Shown here one piece after another: positions 12,444 through 26,100 of a stretch of 64,000 nt of DNA. Position 1 is the first letter of the stretch. Every line of letters starts with the position of its first letter. Both the position numbers and the translations under genes were made by a program. The notes below the pieces were generated by a model, which was given only the letters and a program-made list of their open reading frames with translations, had not been told where the DNA came from and ran no database searches. The DNA is from Macrostomum lignano (Eukaryota), in assembly GCA_002269645.1 (NCBI GenBank), contig NIVC01000202.1, forward strand, positions 434,001-498,000, in the 5' to 3' direction.

Positions 12444-14189
12444 TCTGGCATCCATCGCTAGCAGTTTGACTCAAAAATTTACTATCTAATCTTCTTCTTT
12501 GGCCACACGGCGCCAATGGTGGTTGGGCTTCTTTCGGAAGCTTATTATTATTGATCAATAAAATAACAAAAAGGCCTGCAAAAAATATCAGACCATCTTT
12601 CAAGAAATGGACGACATTTTTTAAGTTGTTTTTTCAGCTCTCTTGTTGTTTTTTTCTTTTTTGCGTAGCTATAGTGCACATATACTCGCCGAAAGCAAAT
12701 TTCGTTGTAGAGATCGAGGTATTTAATGGGATTGTGTACAGCTATGGTTGCTTTCATTGCTTCAGCTCAGCTGTCCTAACGGTTTTTGACAGCATTTTCA
12801 TTTTACTACTATAAGTAGCGTCTCACCTTTTTTACCAGCTGACTCCTGAACACAAAGAAGCTCACGCTGGGTGTACAACGGCCCTGAGTTTCGAATTGCC
12901 AAGGATGTAAACTCTGTGCTTCGGAGGTTGGACTTCATGTGAATCGCACTCGAACGACAGCTGCTCTGCCTCTATGGCTCCAATGGAATAAAGGAATATG
13001 AGAGCTAATGTAGATAACAGTGACAGCATGGAGCCATGTATGCTCTTGTTACTTGTATTTAGGTACTACTTACTGGTATGATCCGCAAGGAGTTGAAAAC
13101 GAATCTTTATAACCTTCATCAACTCGCACATACTCATAATGCTACCGCTGCTATGCTCTCTAGTATCGTTCGAAGAGCAAATCTTTCGTGTTGTGCAAAC
13201 AGGGTGAGCAAAAGAACAAGGTTTGCGTGGCAGAAACTAATTCACTGCGAAAGATTTGCTCATTAATCTGCGTTTACTAACGAGAGGTAAGCGAGGTAAC
13301 AAAGCAAAGGTCATTTTTAAAGTAGCGGAGGTTCCCATTTGTAAAATTACAGGGATGGACAATCAAAGCAGTCTAGGATTTTTGTTCATATTTTAGCTTG
13401 CATGTTTCTGTTGCTGGATACTGCTTTCATGTTGCTTTTGACTCTCCCGACCCTGTAAGGGAATTTCTTACAGTCGGCTTTGGGGAAACTGTAAAGCAAA
13501 AAGGACAAGGTGGGCATAATGTTAATTTATGACTACATAGGCTAATTATTGCCGAAAGCAAGGCTTGTACGAGCGTATGACTGCACCAGGTTGGAGCAGG
13601 AAAATCTTTTGTGGGTTTCCAAATCCTAATGGCTAATGCGACGATCAAAGTTGGATATATTTTAAAAAAATCCTGACTATGAAATGCAAATGTGCGAAAA
13701 CGTTTTGGCACTTTTCTGTATCTACTTTTTCATGTCGATGTGACCTTTATCGCACATAAATGGTTCTTACTCGTACTTCTATACTTTTCCAACTTTCAAA
13801 TATGGGTCCAGTTTACAACTTCCGAGTGTCAAATACGAGTAGCTGCAGACTTGTCCATATTCTTAACTTGTGCGTGTTTGTCTTCTATTCTGGTCTGCTT
13901 ACCAAAAGCACTCTACCGGCTAAGCCAATGGTATTGGTTTCTGTCTGCATCCACCTACGATTTTTAGGCCAATCAGGTACTCCTGAGAGGTCGTAATTCT
14001 TTCTTTTTCAGGAAATATACAGTAAGTGGCAATCAGACAAGAGGCCTAAAACAAGACTGTTGACTGGGGCTTTGAAACAGTTCGGAATTCATTCAGCTGC
14101 CTGAAGCCTGCTCAAGCAGGAAAATTCATCTCAAACTGGATAACTCGAGCATCCTTAATGCTACCGTCAGCTGTCCTGGCAAGCATCCC

Positions 14190-17100
14190 ATGGACTATCG
14201 CTCGGTGCTAACCGGCATAGTCCTGGGCCTGATTTCGCTGGGTACAGTGTTCGGCAACTGTCTGGTGCTGCTGGCCGTGGCGCTGCATCGAAACCTTCGC
14301 TCAACAACCGGGGTATTTGTGTCCAATCTCGCCGCAGCCGACCTCCTGCTCGGTGCTTGCGTGTTGCCATTCAGCTCGGCTCTAGAGGTCACCGGTGGTT
14401 GCTGGCATTTTGGCAACATCCTCTGCGACATCTGGGCATCGGTTGACGTGCTCTGCTGCACTGCAAGCATCATGTCTTTATGTGTCATCTCCATGGAGAG
14501 GTACATCGGCGTGACCCGACCACTGCAGCACGCTAGCATCTTGACCCACCGTAGGGCAGTGCTTGTGGTCCTCTTTGTTTGGTTGCTCTCCTTGCTGGTC
14601 TCCGTTGGGCCACTAATTGGTTGGAAGAAACCACGAAACGGCACCGAAGATCCTTACAAATGCGAAGTGTCCGACAACACTGCCTACATTGCCTTCTCCG
14701 TGACGTTTTCTTTCTATTTACCGCTGTGCGTCATAATCTTCTTCTACATCCGCGTCTACCAAGAGGCTGTCAAGCAGACACGCTTCTTGACCTCCGGAGT
14801 AAAGACCGCGCGAACTTCTGGTCCAGCCTCTGCGGGAGCTTTTGTCCAGCGACATCTCACAACGGCGGCAGCCGATGGCTCAAATTCAAAAAATTCATCG
14901 GCAGTTGTGCTGCGCGTACACAGAGGCGGCGGTGGCAATCTAATGGCCAACTCCAAACAGCCGAAACTGCAGCTGACTGGTAAGTGAAGGGGTTTCTGAG
15001 GACGTAAATTTTTGCGTGTTTTTCAACAGTACATAGGCACGCACTTATACGATTATAGAAAGTAGTGTCTCGATATGAAGTGACATTTATAGAGTGACTT
15101 TTTCGACATTGCTGGGATCACGAAGCAGGCACGAAAATTAGATTATTTCGATACAGTAGTTGATAATTTGTAGTGTCTTTTTAGAAGCATTCAGACCTCT
15201 TGTTTCCTTCAGCTCGTACTAGCTCCAATTTACCTTGTTGTAACTGTTATTTAGTATATATAATGTGGTAGGATTGTTTATGACTTATGAGACCAGACGA
15301 TAGTGATGACTTATGAGACCAAACGACACGAAAGGAAATTCAATTAAAACTTGCGCTTTGTATTTAGCTTGTGAGATGGTGCCTTTTCTCCAATAGGCAT
15401 GTTGGCGGTAGGCTCCTGCAGCATCATCAGATAATGCTACTTCAGAAGGCGTGCGTAAGTCAACCGTCAATCCACCCGCACAGGCTTATGTAGCAACTAG
15501 CAAGTTAGCGGCAAGTCATCTGGTGCTTCTCTAGCTCACAGGTTAAGGGCGTGAATTTGAGGATTTTCCCGGCTCGAGCAAGGTGGCATTGCGATATCCT
15601 ATTGCGTTTCAAAATCCCCGTCGAGCTGTGAGATTTGCGATCCGATTGGCATCTCTAATTTCTGGATTTCTGTTTTTCTCCTCCGTTATTGATTGAATAT
15701 CCCGATGCAAAGAAAGAGTGAGGAAATAAATTTGTCGCAGTCGGTGACGCTACTCCCTTTGTAACGGCGAGACGAATCTGTTTTCAATAGCCGCGCGCAC
15801 GGTGCCAACTGGCGTCGGAATATAATTCCCTCCATCAAGAGGCTGACGTGCCTGCATCTATTAGAGCCCGGCTGAAATCCAAGCCAAGCCAAGAGCGAGG
15901 AAGTCAGTCAGGAGCAGGAGATCATTTGCGGAAGCAGCGAGGAATCAGGAAGTTGGAAAATGTTCGGCGCAAAGCTTTAGTTAGTCAGTCGCCTCTCATT
16001 CCTCCTGTGCAGCTCCTATTCTTCATCATTCTCTCCTAGCATCTGTCAAGGCGGCTTTTGGTTGTTTTTAAATTCCACGCGAGTGTGTGGAGAGAAACCA
16101 ATAAGGACAACAAGAGCCAGGGGATGAATTTGATATTTATAAGATCCTCATTGCGCGCGTTTGTCTCTCGGGCGGATGTTTTCGGCCTCTGTTGCGCATG
16201 TCAGGAAGGAGAGACGACAAACGCGACTATCAGATATCTGCAAAATTTGGATTGCTTTGAATTAATAAGAAGAAGCCAACTAATTTTCAGGAACCAACAG
16301 TGACATTCCGTTTTACTGAGGAAATTTTCGTGAATTTTTGCAAAGAACAGCATTCACGAGGCCAGTAAATATAGGCAGTTCTATTTTTACCATATTTTGT
16401 CTAATCTATAGGCATCTCTTTAATGCCCTTCGTGTTAGCCGAAAGATAAGAATTTTTCGCGCGTTCAATTCCATTTTTCCCCACGTCTGACTGAGGATTG
16501 CCGCGGAGTGAAAAAAACCAGTTGTAAAACTGCTTGCCCGCCAGGCGGGGAAGCGCATTGCTTCCCTGAAGGAAAGCAAGTCTATTTGCGCACGGCTGAG
16601 CTAAAGCAAATTTAAGTCGTGACTCGCCATTCCTTTCCAATTCCTTGCTGCTACGCTATCCCCTGCCGGCCGAAGCCGTTAATTCTTAATCCAAGTCCTA
16701 CACGACGCGTTGGCTGGGCCGCAGTTGTCGGTCTCTAAGACACCGGGAGGGAGGCCCAGCAGAGCCAGCAGCAGTAGCGGCAGCACAAACACTGGGCTGG
16801 GCTTCCATGCGTGGCCAGACCAGCCAAGCGGCTAAGTCAAATAACAAGTGTTCCGATCTGAAAGCCGGCAAATAACTGCATCTCCTACCAATGCAGATAA
16901 GCTATTGCTTGCTTAGCACCGCGTCGGCCGAGAGTCTTACGAGTAATTGCAGTTCGTTGTTAGCTTTACTACTAGCTCGTAGAATAACAACTTGCAAGCG
17001 ACGCTTGAAGCAACGCCTCTGGTGGGCGAAATTTTTGGATTGTGCATTCAAGTATTTGTATAATAATTCCCGGATGTCATGCAGCTTATTTCTGGTTTTT

Positions 17101-20100
17101 TAATAGTGCCTTTAGCAGCTTCTGTGTTTACCAGCACATTGTCTAAGGTACATCACTGGTTGGAAAAGTGAAGCGGGAATGCGCTCTCAGTTTCCATATC
17201 TTATCCTGGATACTTTACTCATCCTGCTGTCTCGATCAGCTTCACTTCCCCTCTCGGCCTGTTTGCTCAGGCAGACAGGACTGCATGGCTGCTTGGCTAC
17301 TTGGCAGAATGCGCTGTGCGCGCGAATTCCGAACAAACACGGTCTACACAATACAGCTTCATGCAGCTGCTGAGTTGGAGCGCGCACTCGTTCGACATAG
17401 ACCATTTTTTGCGAAGAATTTCTCTAAAATAAAATGCAATTTAATTTCCATCTCTGTCCAAAAAGCAAATTGTATTTAAAGCGCTTCTCACTCTTGAACT
17501 CATCAAGCGATGTAGAACAGACAATAGGCAGCTCCATTTGAATGATTTTTTAAACAATATTTTAGAGCTATTTAAAAATTGCTGATGGATTCTGGAAAAA
17601 CGCGATCAGAACGGGTCAGGGCAACCTTCAAATAATGTGACTGTTGCTGGGACCAAGTATTAACTGTATATCAGAGGCTAAATGCTTAGTCCCTACTAAC
17701 TTAATATTCTGTGTCCCAATGCTGATGAAGTCATTGCGAAGAACATACCGGAGTTATCACACTGAGAGAGTTCCAACACGTGCGGATGATAGCTATAGAT
17801 ATAGATTCATATGATACTTTCTTATGCAATCCGCCTGACCCGGATCTGCCCCAAAGGATCAAGATGAGGCCAAAAATATACCCAGAAAGAAATCAATTCT
17901 GTACAAGCTCCCATTGAGGCTTAGGCTATTTATATAGAAGCTTTGAGCTTGGAGATTACAAAGAAGGCGTCGTGCCACCTGGGGCTATATGGTATTAGTC
18001 AGCACAGAAGCAGCACTTTGATGGACAGTTTCATGCAGCTGACGGACAGCTATGAAAATAATCAGGATCCTTTGTTGTGATAGTCCAGATCCGTAGCTAG
18101 ATAGAGCCGGTAGACGTTTCTGTAGTTTACCCTCCCAGAGCAACAGGTTGCTACAGGTTAAATAGAAGCTTCATCGATAATGACGACCTCCACTGTGCGC
18201 AGGCCGTGGGGATCAGCGTGCACTCTTTGGCGAAAAAGCGAATCTGCAAGTTCGCCTTAAAGATCAGTCTCTGTCGCTACTGAGAGAGCAGGAAGCGGAA
18301 GTCGCCGTAGGACAAGTTGGCCAGAAAGACTCGCGAGAGATTGCTTTCTCACATGCTGAGCACGGATCTCAAATCCGATCGTTTCATAAACCCCACAGCA
18401 AAAAGGGGAAGAGGGATCTTGGGGCCAACTGTCAAAAAGCAGCGCTTAAAGTATGAAAAAGTCGTATAAGTTAAAAGAGGAGAACTTCATTCTCTTCTTA
18501 CGATCATAGCTCGTACACTGACTGGTTTCACTCTCTCCTCAGTCTTTGAGAGTACATGTCAGCAGTGGTATTGCGCTAGTGCAGTTCGCAGTACACATTT
18601 TTTCTGCTGGAATCCGGCACAAAATAAATATGGAGCCGCGGAATGCAAAAAACTCACTAGAAAACTGATTCCTAGAAACCACTCCGACCTTTTTATAATT
18701 TATCTTTCCTTCTCTCAAGCGCTTCTTCTGTACAACTAACCGTACGAGACTTTTTCGGTGCTCAAGCCAGCCAAATAAATATTTGTAGTTTGTAGTGAGT
18801 TCATCTCAACGAAGCTTAGTATCTTAATGAGTAGCCGTTGTACATATAGTCTCAGTTGAGCACAGGCTGACTCAATCAGTAGGAAAGCACGGGCCACAAA
18901 AATGAACTCAATTCAACAAGCCAACCGAGCGCTCTGCTTTTTCCTCCATTCTACACTACATGCCGGAGGCTCAGAGAGCGCACTTTTACTGGCTTTTTTA
19001 AATTAAGGGTCCCGTACAATTTTCTTAATGCCTCGCTCGTGGCAGCCCAAAATAGTCATCTTTTATCTGTCCTGCCCTTTATCAATCAGTGGTTTGTGTT
19101 TTACTCTCTGACGATAATCGGATCTAACTGTCTTTGAAGCCCCGCCCAAATGTGTCTCCAGCAGCTTCTACCTCTGCCTCCTTTCTTGCCTCTACCCTGC
19201 CTCCCTCCCTTGCCTACTCCTCCCCTACCCTGTGCCCTGCCTCCCTATCCCTTGTCTACTCCTCCCCTACCCTGTCCCCTGCCTCCCTATCCCTTGCCTA
19301 CTCCTCCCCTACCCTGTCCCCTGCCTCCCTCCCTTGCCTACTCCTCCCCTACCCTGTGCCCTGCCTCCCTATCCCTTGCCTACTCCTCCCCTACCCTGTC
19401 CCCTGCCTCCCTATCCCTTGCCTACTCCTCCCCTACCCTGTCCCCTGCCTCCCTATCCCTTGCCTACTCCTCCCCTACCCTGTGCCCTGCCTCCCTTTCC
19501 CTTGCCTACTCCTCCCCTACCCTGTCCCCTGCCTCCCTATCCCTTGCCTACTCCTCCCCTACCCTGTCCCCTGCCTCCCTATCCCTTGCCTACTCCTCCC
19601 CTACCCTGTGCCCTGCCTCCCTTTCCCTTGCCTACTCCTCCCCTACCCTGTCCCCTGCCTCCCTATCCCTTGCCTACTCCTCCCCTACCCTGTGCCCTGC
19701 CTCCCTTTCCCTTGCCTACTCCTTCCCTACCCTGTCCCCTGCCTCCCTTTCCCTTGCCTACTCCTCCCCTACCCTGTCCCCTGCCTCCCTATCCCTTGCC
19801 TACTCCTCCCCTACCCTGTGCCCTGCCTCCCTTTCCCTTGCCTACTCCTCCCCTACCCTGTCCCCTGCCTCCCTATCCCTTGCCTACTCCTCCCCTACCC
19901 TGTCCCCTGCCTCCCTATCCCTTGCCTACTCCTCCCCTACCCTGTCCCCTGCCTCCCTATCCCTTGCCTACTCCTCCCCTACCCTGTGCCCTGCCTCCCT
20001 TTCCCTTGCCTACTCCTCCCCTACCCTGTCCCCTGCCTCCCTATCCCTTGCCTACTCCTCCCCTACCCTGTCCCCTGCCTCCTTATCCCTTGCCTACTCC

Positions 20101-23100
20101 TCCCCTACCCTGTACCCTGCCTCCCTATCCCTTGCCTACTCCTCCCCTACCCTGTCCCCTGCCTCCCCACAATGCTACTCCTACTTCACTCCGCCAGTAA
20201 CTAACCCATTGTACATGCAACTGCAAACTGTTTTTATTTCAACTGCAAATTTACTCATTCAATCGCAACCATAACTAACTCTAATTCACTGCAGCAGCGC
20301 AAAACAAGACCGAACAAGGTAAGCAACACCACTAAGTCAGTGGTTACTCCAAGTCAAGCAGTCCAAGTTTTTGATGCATGCTATGTTTTTGTTGTGAATA
20401 CTATAAAATTGCAGCCATTTGACTAACCTATACCGAGTCCAACTCGTATTTCGAATTGCCAACCATGGCGAGTGATAGGAAGAATTAAGCAATGCGGTAT
20501 AATAATAATCATTTATAGCTCCTACAAATGAGAACTCGTTTTGCGGCTGAAAAGCGTAGAGAATTTTGGAAGGTTGCTTCGTATAGGCTCAAGTTTTTTC
20601 AAGTCTTCACAATACTCCACGGCAAAGGACATTGCAGTTCAGCTCTAAACTGTTTTGATACTTCTCTCAGCGAATTTATGTAGATATTTTAACAATAGAC
20701 GAATTTCCAAGTACTAATGTTGTAGAAAACAACCTACAGTGAGGAAGACCTATAGCACCAGATTACGTCTGAATGCCTAAATTTGTTGTTTAAATGTTGT
20801 GACACTGAAAATAGTTTCCTCCGTAGCTTGCACTATTCTCTGCACTACTTGCTAGATTAGATTAACATAGGTCATGCACTCCATTTTGCTGAGATATCCC
20901 GCGCGTAGATCTGTCTGCCTTGATTGAATAATTCTCATTAAGTTATACCTGAACCCAATCTAGCAACTTATGATCGAATTATTCGCATATTCTGATGTAA
21001 AGCTTTAGCAACTGAAATTACACGTGTAAAGTATTGCAGTAGTTCTTAGCTGTAAGTGTCGTTCTGTCGATCTCTAAGTGCCGCTAAAATTCAATGTGTA
21101 CTTTCGCTGGGTACCTGCATAGTGTTCTGAGTCTGCAAATGCACTCGGACCCGTTCTGTAGAACCCCACCTTGCCTATAGTAATTTCCTCAACGCCCGCG
21201 ACCCTAAATCATTATTTTTTCGTCCTATAAGTTTTATAGTTGGCTGCTCAGAGCTGCGAAACGTTGATACTGCGGGGGTGACAAAGAAATTCTCTGGAGA
21301 CATAGGAGTCAGGGCTTATTAGCGCTGTCAGCCATAAAAGCAGCAAGAACTACGAGCAAGCCATGCATTTTGCCGTCGGCGAAATCTCGAGGTGAACTTA
21401 ATTAAACAAGCTTTATTATTTATTCAGATATAGTTTCCAGCCCCTTGGACGAAGTCTTGGGGGTTCGGGGAGATTGAAAAATCCTTTCTAAATCCATTTC
21501 CCTTAGCCTACTTCCTAAATTCCTTAGCGGTTGCACTTTCAAATGAAACTCTCGAATGTCGAATCCATCTTCGGGACAAGATAGCAGTGGCATGCTCAAT
21601 CCCATTGCGCCATCACTGATCCCAACCCTCTTGCAGATGAAAGAGAGCGCTGATATGGATTAAAAAGTTCAGGGCGAGTTTAAGTTCTGAGGTTCCTTGC
21701 CCTCCTTTTCCTTCCTTATCAAATTTGATGAAGCTGTCATCCTACGACAAGGCTTGCGGCACATATTTCTTTATTTTTTATCAAGCCTAGCCTCAAGCGA
21801 GCTCAGAGGATTTCTGCGAGTTGAGGGTTATGTAATTCAAATGGCTTTAGGGTGATTTCAATGTTTAATTTTACCTTTTACTGGAGAGTAACACCGTTTT
21901 GCCGTGTGCAGTGTGTACTAGTCAGGGAGATGTAGGATACTTCCAATACAGCTACCGCTGTTTCTATGAGTATATTTGTACTGTTATTTAAGTACCAATC
22001 GTAGTGTCCGAAAGAGCCGAACAACAAGCTGATAGCTTATTGATTGAAGAATTCCTCACATACTGCATCTATCAGACAACTAAACTGCTCTTCAAGAAAG
22101 AGCCAATAATTTGGTTATAATCCTAACGAATCCCACTGATCTGGATTCAAGTATATTTGTAATAGAAAAGTTGCAAGCAGGTCACTCTTAAATAATTATT
22201 GTAGATACAATTCCATTTCAATGCATATTAGTTTCTGCGTATCAATACACACATACACAGTTAGCACACATAGCTATATAAAATATAAAAAAGTAACATG
22301 CTGTGCTTGCATGCTATCTTCACTGCACCAGATCAAATGCAATCATTGATTATGTAATGAAAAATGGCCTTCAAAAAATGATACGATCTTTGAGTTTTAG
22401 GTCCTTGGCTCGATTGTCGCCTTGGTGTGCAACAGTGCCCACAGTTCCCTGCAAACTATAAATGCCGCTTACCTTTATTGAATATTTTTAATTACGTGGG
22501 AGGGCACTTGTACTTTTATTAAGCATCTAGCTTGACTGTATATGCGGCTGCTATAGAGTGCCAAGATAACCCTGGGCTTGTATAGCATTAGTTTTCTACT
22601 CATTTTGTACTAAATCAGTGTCCCGATCTAGCGATATGGAGGCTGCCGCAGTCGAAGTGCGCATGTCGTATAAGATTTGTCCACATCCGCTAGGCGCAAG
22701 TGGACTCCAGTGTCAAGACGGCTGCAATTATGATGGCTAGGCTGCGAGGCAGGTAAACAGAGGGAAGAGATAGTTGGGCATCGAGGAAGCTGGTAGATGG
22801 TTGGAAAGCCGGAAGTACTGAAGAGGGATGAGGTTCTTCATCAGTCAGACGTTAAGTAAGTATTGCGATTGTCTGCTCGGGTCTCAGTAGTGCAACAGAA
22901 ATAAAAAACGGGCAATCTACTTCTACCATTGCGGAATGGTACTCGTCATCCTTTCGTAAATTTTTTATTTATTTATAATAGACAGTCAATTGCTCTCAAT
23001 GAGCTTGGCTGAAAAATGATGATGGTTCTATGTATGCATCACAGTCACTTCAAGTGCGAGTATAGTCTCCGTTGAGTGGATTTGAATATCTCTTTCTTTT

Positions 23101-26100
23101 TCCGAAGCAAAAACTGTAAGTGAAGCATGTAAGTAAAGCATGTAAGTGAAGCATGTAAGTGAAGCATTGTAAATGAGGATAATTGTTCTAGAAATCCAGT
23201 AAAAATATTGGATGCACCCACGGGAAGCTGAAGCTTCAGTCTTCCACAATGTAGCCTTGCTTTTTTCATCATCATTTCCCCTAAGAGGGTAGAAGGGAAG
23301 GTAGAAGGGCTGCTCTCGGTTAGCACGTGGCAATCCGTATTTTAACAGGTGCCACTCAGTGAGCCGATAAACAGGGCCAGACGAGACAGTGGTCGGGGAA
23401 CCAGAAATTGCCGGGGTCAAAAAAGTCTTATATTAGCTAGTCCAAAATGGACCTGTTTTTCTACCCCTTTTCTGCGATTCACCCCCCCCCCGCAATGCTG
23501 GGTGCTAATTCGGTGGCCAGTTTAACACCCAATATAGGAGTGCATCTAGCAAAATGACCCGGAAAATCTGAAGAATCCTGTTCCACCCCCTGGGGGAATT
23601 CCTTCGATGCGTAAAACAGTTAACTGTGTCGGCATTGGGCGGCCCGCCGTGTCACGCGCCGGCAATTCAGTCAAGAAAGATGGAACAGCTAGGGGGAGCC
23701 GATCGCTGGTTAGGCAGTTTGAATTAACATAGAGAAAACTGCAAAGCTGTCTAATGAATTGTTCGCCGGCTCGCCCATGCTTAATTAGCTCACTGCATCA
23801 AAGAGGCGACTTCCTGCCTCCAACCTGCGGTGCCCTTTGCCTTAGGCAGAGGTTTAGGGTCAGAGGCTTGAACCAATTTGTAGCTAGCTACAAGCATACG
23901 TGTATATACAGAAATTTCTTGAATTGGCAATCCCACAAGCTTGCTGCTTTGCGACTCTTTGGCAAGCTTGAACAAGTGTAAATTCTTACAAAGCGTATTC
24001 ATTCATTCTGCTTATGAGTGACTTGGCGCGCAGATACCTGCTTACCGTCTTTGAGTGAAATTATAGGCCCCAACAAAGGCTTAATTTAGGCCTTCTTTCA
24101 CGTCAGTTGTTCGACCTCCCTCTCACCGGATCCTTTAATAAACCCAACTTGCAGTGCTTTTTAGGTAGTTACGAAGGTAGATACTTCACTTAGGACTATT
24201 CTAACGCTTGGAAGTAAAGTACATCGTGTAGCGGCTCTTGACATTTCTTAACTTTTTTTAACTTCGAAGCATGTTCAAGTATTTTTATCAATGATTAAAA
24301 TGTATCTCATTTATTTTCCAGGAAAGCTGGCCAGATTCAAACGTGAAAAGAAGGCGGCTAAAACTCTGGGCATTGTGGTCGGCGTCTTCATTCTGTGCTG
24401 GCTGCCGTTCTTCTTTATTTACCCATTCAGTAAGAAATTAACCAATTGTTATACTTTGTTAATACTGTACCATCCAATACTCATCCAATGAACAGTGTTT
24501 GATGTACACACCGGAGCTTTGGTGATCAACTGCCAACTGGATACCCAATTGAAAGATGAGAGAGATGCCTGCATCACAGACGCTAATGTACATTTGAGGT
24601 CTAATATACATTATTACAAGAGTAATCGGAAGTGTTGAGGGTGGATAGTCAATGCTATAATACGAGTAGCTACTAGATATGTTACTCGCAAAAATGCACG
24701 CATCTACTCCTTTTCAGTAGCAAATCAGCGTTTTTTTGCCTTTACGAGTATATTATAAGCAAATAATCAAGGACTGCAGATTGCAGAAAAGGTTGAAAAC
24801 CAAACCTAGTGTGTGTGCAACGCGCAAGGAGAGAAAATGGGTGACGCCCCGACCCCGGCCATGCCAATAAACAGTTACGACTTTGACCTCTCTCCTTCTT
24901 ACTGCTCTCTCATTGGCTGAGCTAGATTGGCCCTGCCTCACTGGCGCAAGCTTGATTTGTACTCTCAGTCGACTGGCGACTGTACATTGCGTCCCCTCTC
25001 TCCCTGCAGCCAATCAGCTCCGGTCTATCTCACTTACAAAACGCCATTAAAATATATTTAATTGCCTGACCGATTAATTAAAAATTAAGTAACAGCCTAA
25101 ATAATGCCTATGGTATAATAATTTCAGCGTATGCTGAAATTTAATTTGGTGGAGGGATAATTAGTTAGATAGATGTTAAAACATCTCACTAAATAATGGC
25201 ACCTCCAGAGATAGGCTAAATACATGTTTCCCTATTTGTTGTCCTTAAATTTTTGGTCCTTTGTTTTGATATACCTGCGTGACCTAACTAACACCGTAAG
25301 AAATGATATTGACCCTTAATGGTACGTGTATAGTAAAGATAAAATATAATAATCCTAATCCCCACCAAAGCTAGCCCAGAATTTTAAGGGTCAGTCGGGA
25401 AAATGGGGGGATACATCCCCGTAACCCCCCCCCCCAGCATATGCTAGTGGCCTGGGCCATGCCGGAAATTAAAAGGAGTTACATGTTTGTTGTTTATTCT
25501 TAACCCCATTGCTACTGAGGCTGCAAACGAAATTTTAGCTGTCACATTAAATTTGTGAAACTATGCACATAAACTGCTGAAAAAAAGAGTAGACGCTCTA
25601 CTTTTCACTTTAATTAGGAGTGGCACAATCTTTATCCAGTACGAGCTATCTTTGACATAGAGCTTTTGCCCATCAATGGCTTTATTGAAACAAAAGTCAC
25701 AGGCCACAAATTTTACACAGAATGCTCAATCACTTCTATGAAGCCGAGTTAAAATTCGTGAGCACTAATTTTGTTGTGAAGTCTATGGCCAGTAGTATCA
25801 ACTAGCGAAGAATAATTTCGCAAAGTATCAAAAGCAGCAACAGATCCTATTACAAGGATCAAATTTTTAAATCTATGACCACATACATAATATTTGTCTA
25901 TGGTCAGAAGTGCTTACAATTAAGCACTGAGGGAGGTGGTTTCATATTCAAGAATGAAGGGCAGACTTATACCCATGGATGAAGGAATACCTTCATCCAG
26001 GTATTCCTTCATCCATTCTCATACCCTTCCCAACCTACCTAAAAGAGAACGGGAGTGATATGCTCTGCTGAAATATATCTATGGTAACCGCCTTTCACGA

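Noticed and set aside
17900-18350. Possible SF1 helicase relic (minus strand [10 protein letters not shown])
   Set aside because: It is a single short motif followed by a stop, with no Walker A or other motifs readable. Too weak to call.
19134-20274. Three long Pro/Ser/Cys-rich ORFs (322-374 aa)
   Set aside because: They are translations of a stop-free 42-bp minisatellite inside GPCR intron 1, open in all three frames.
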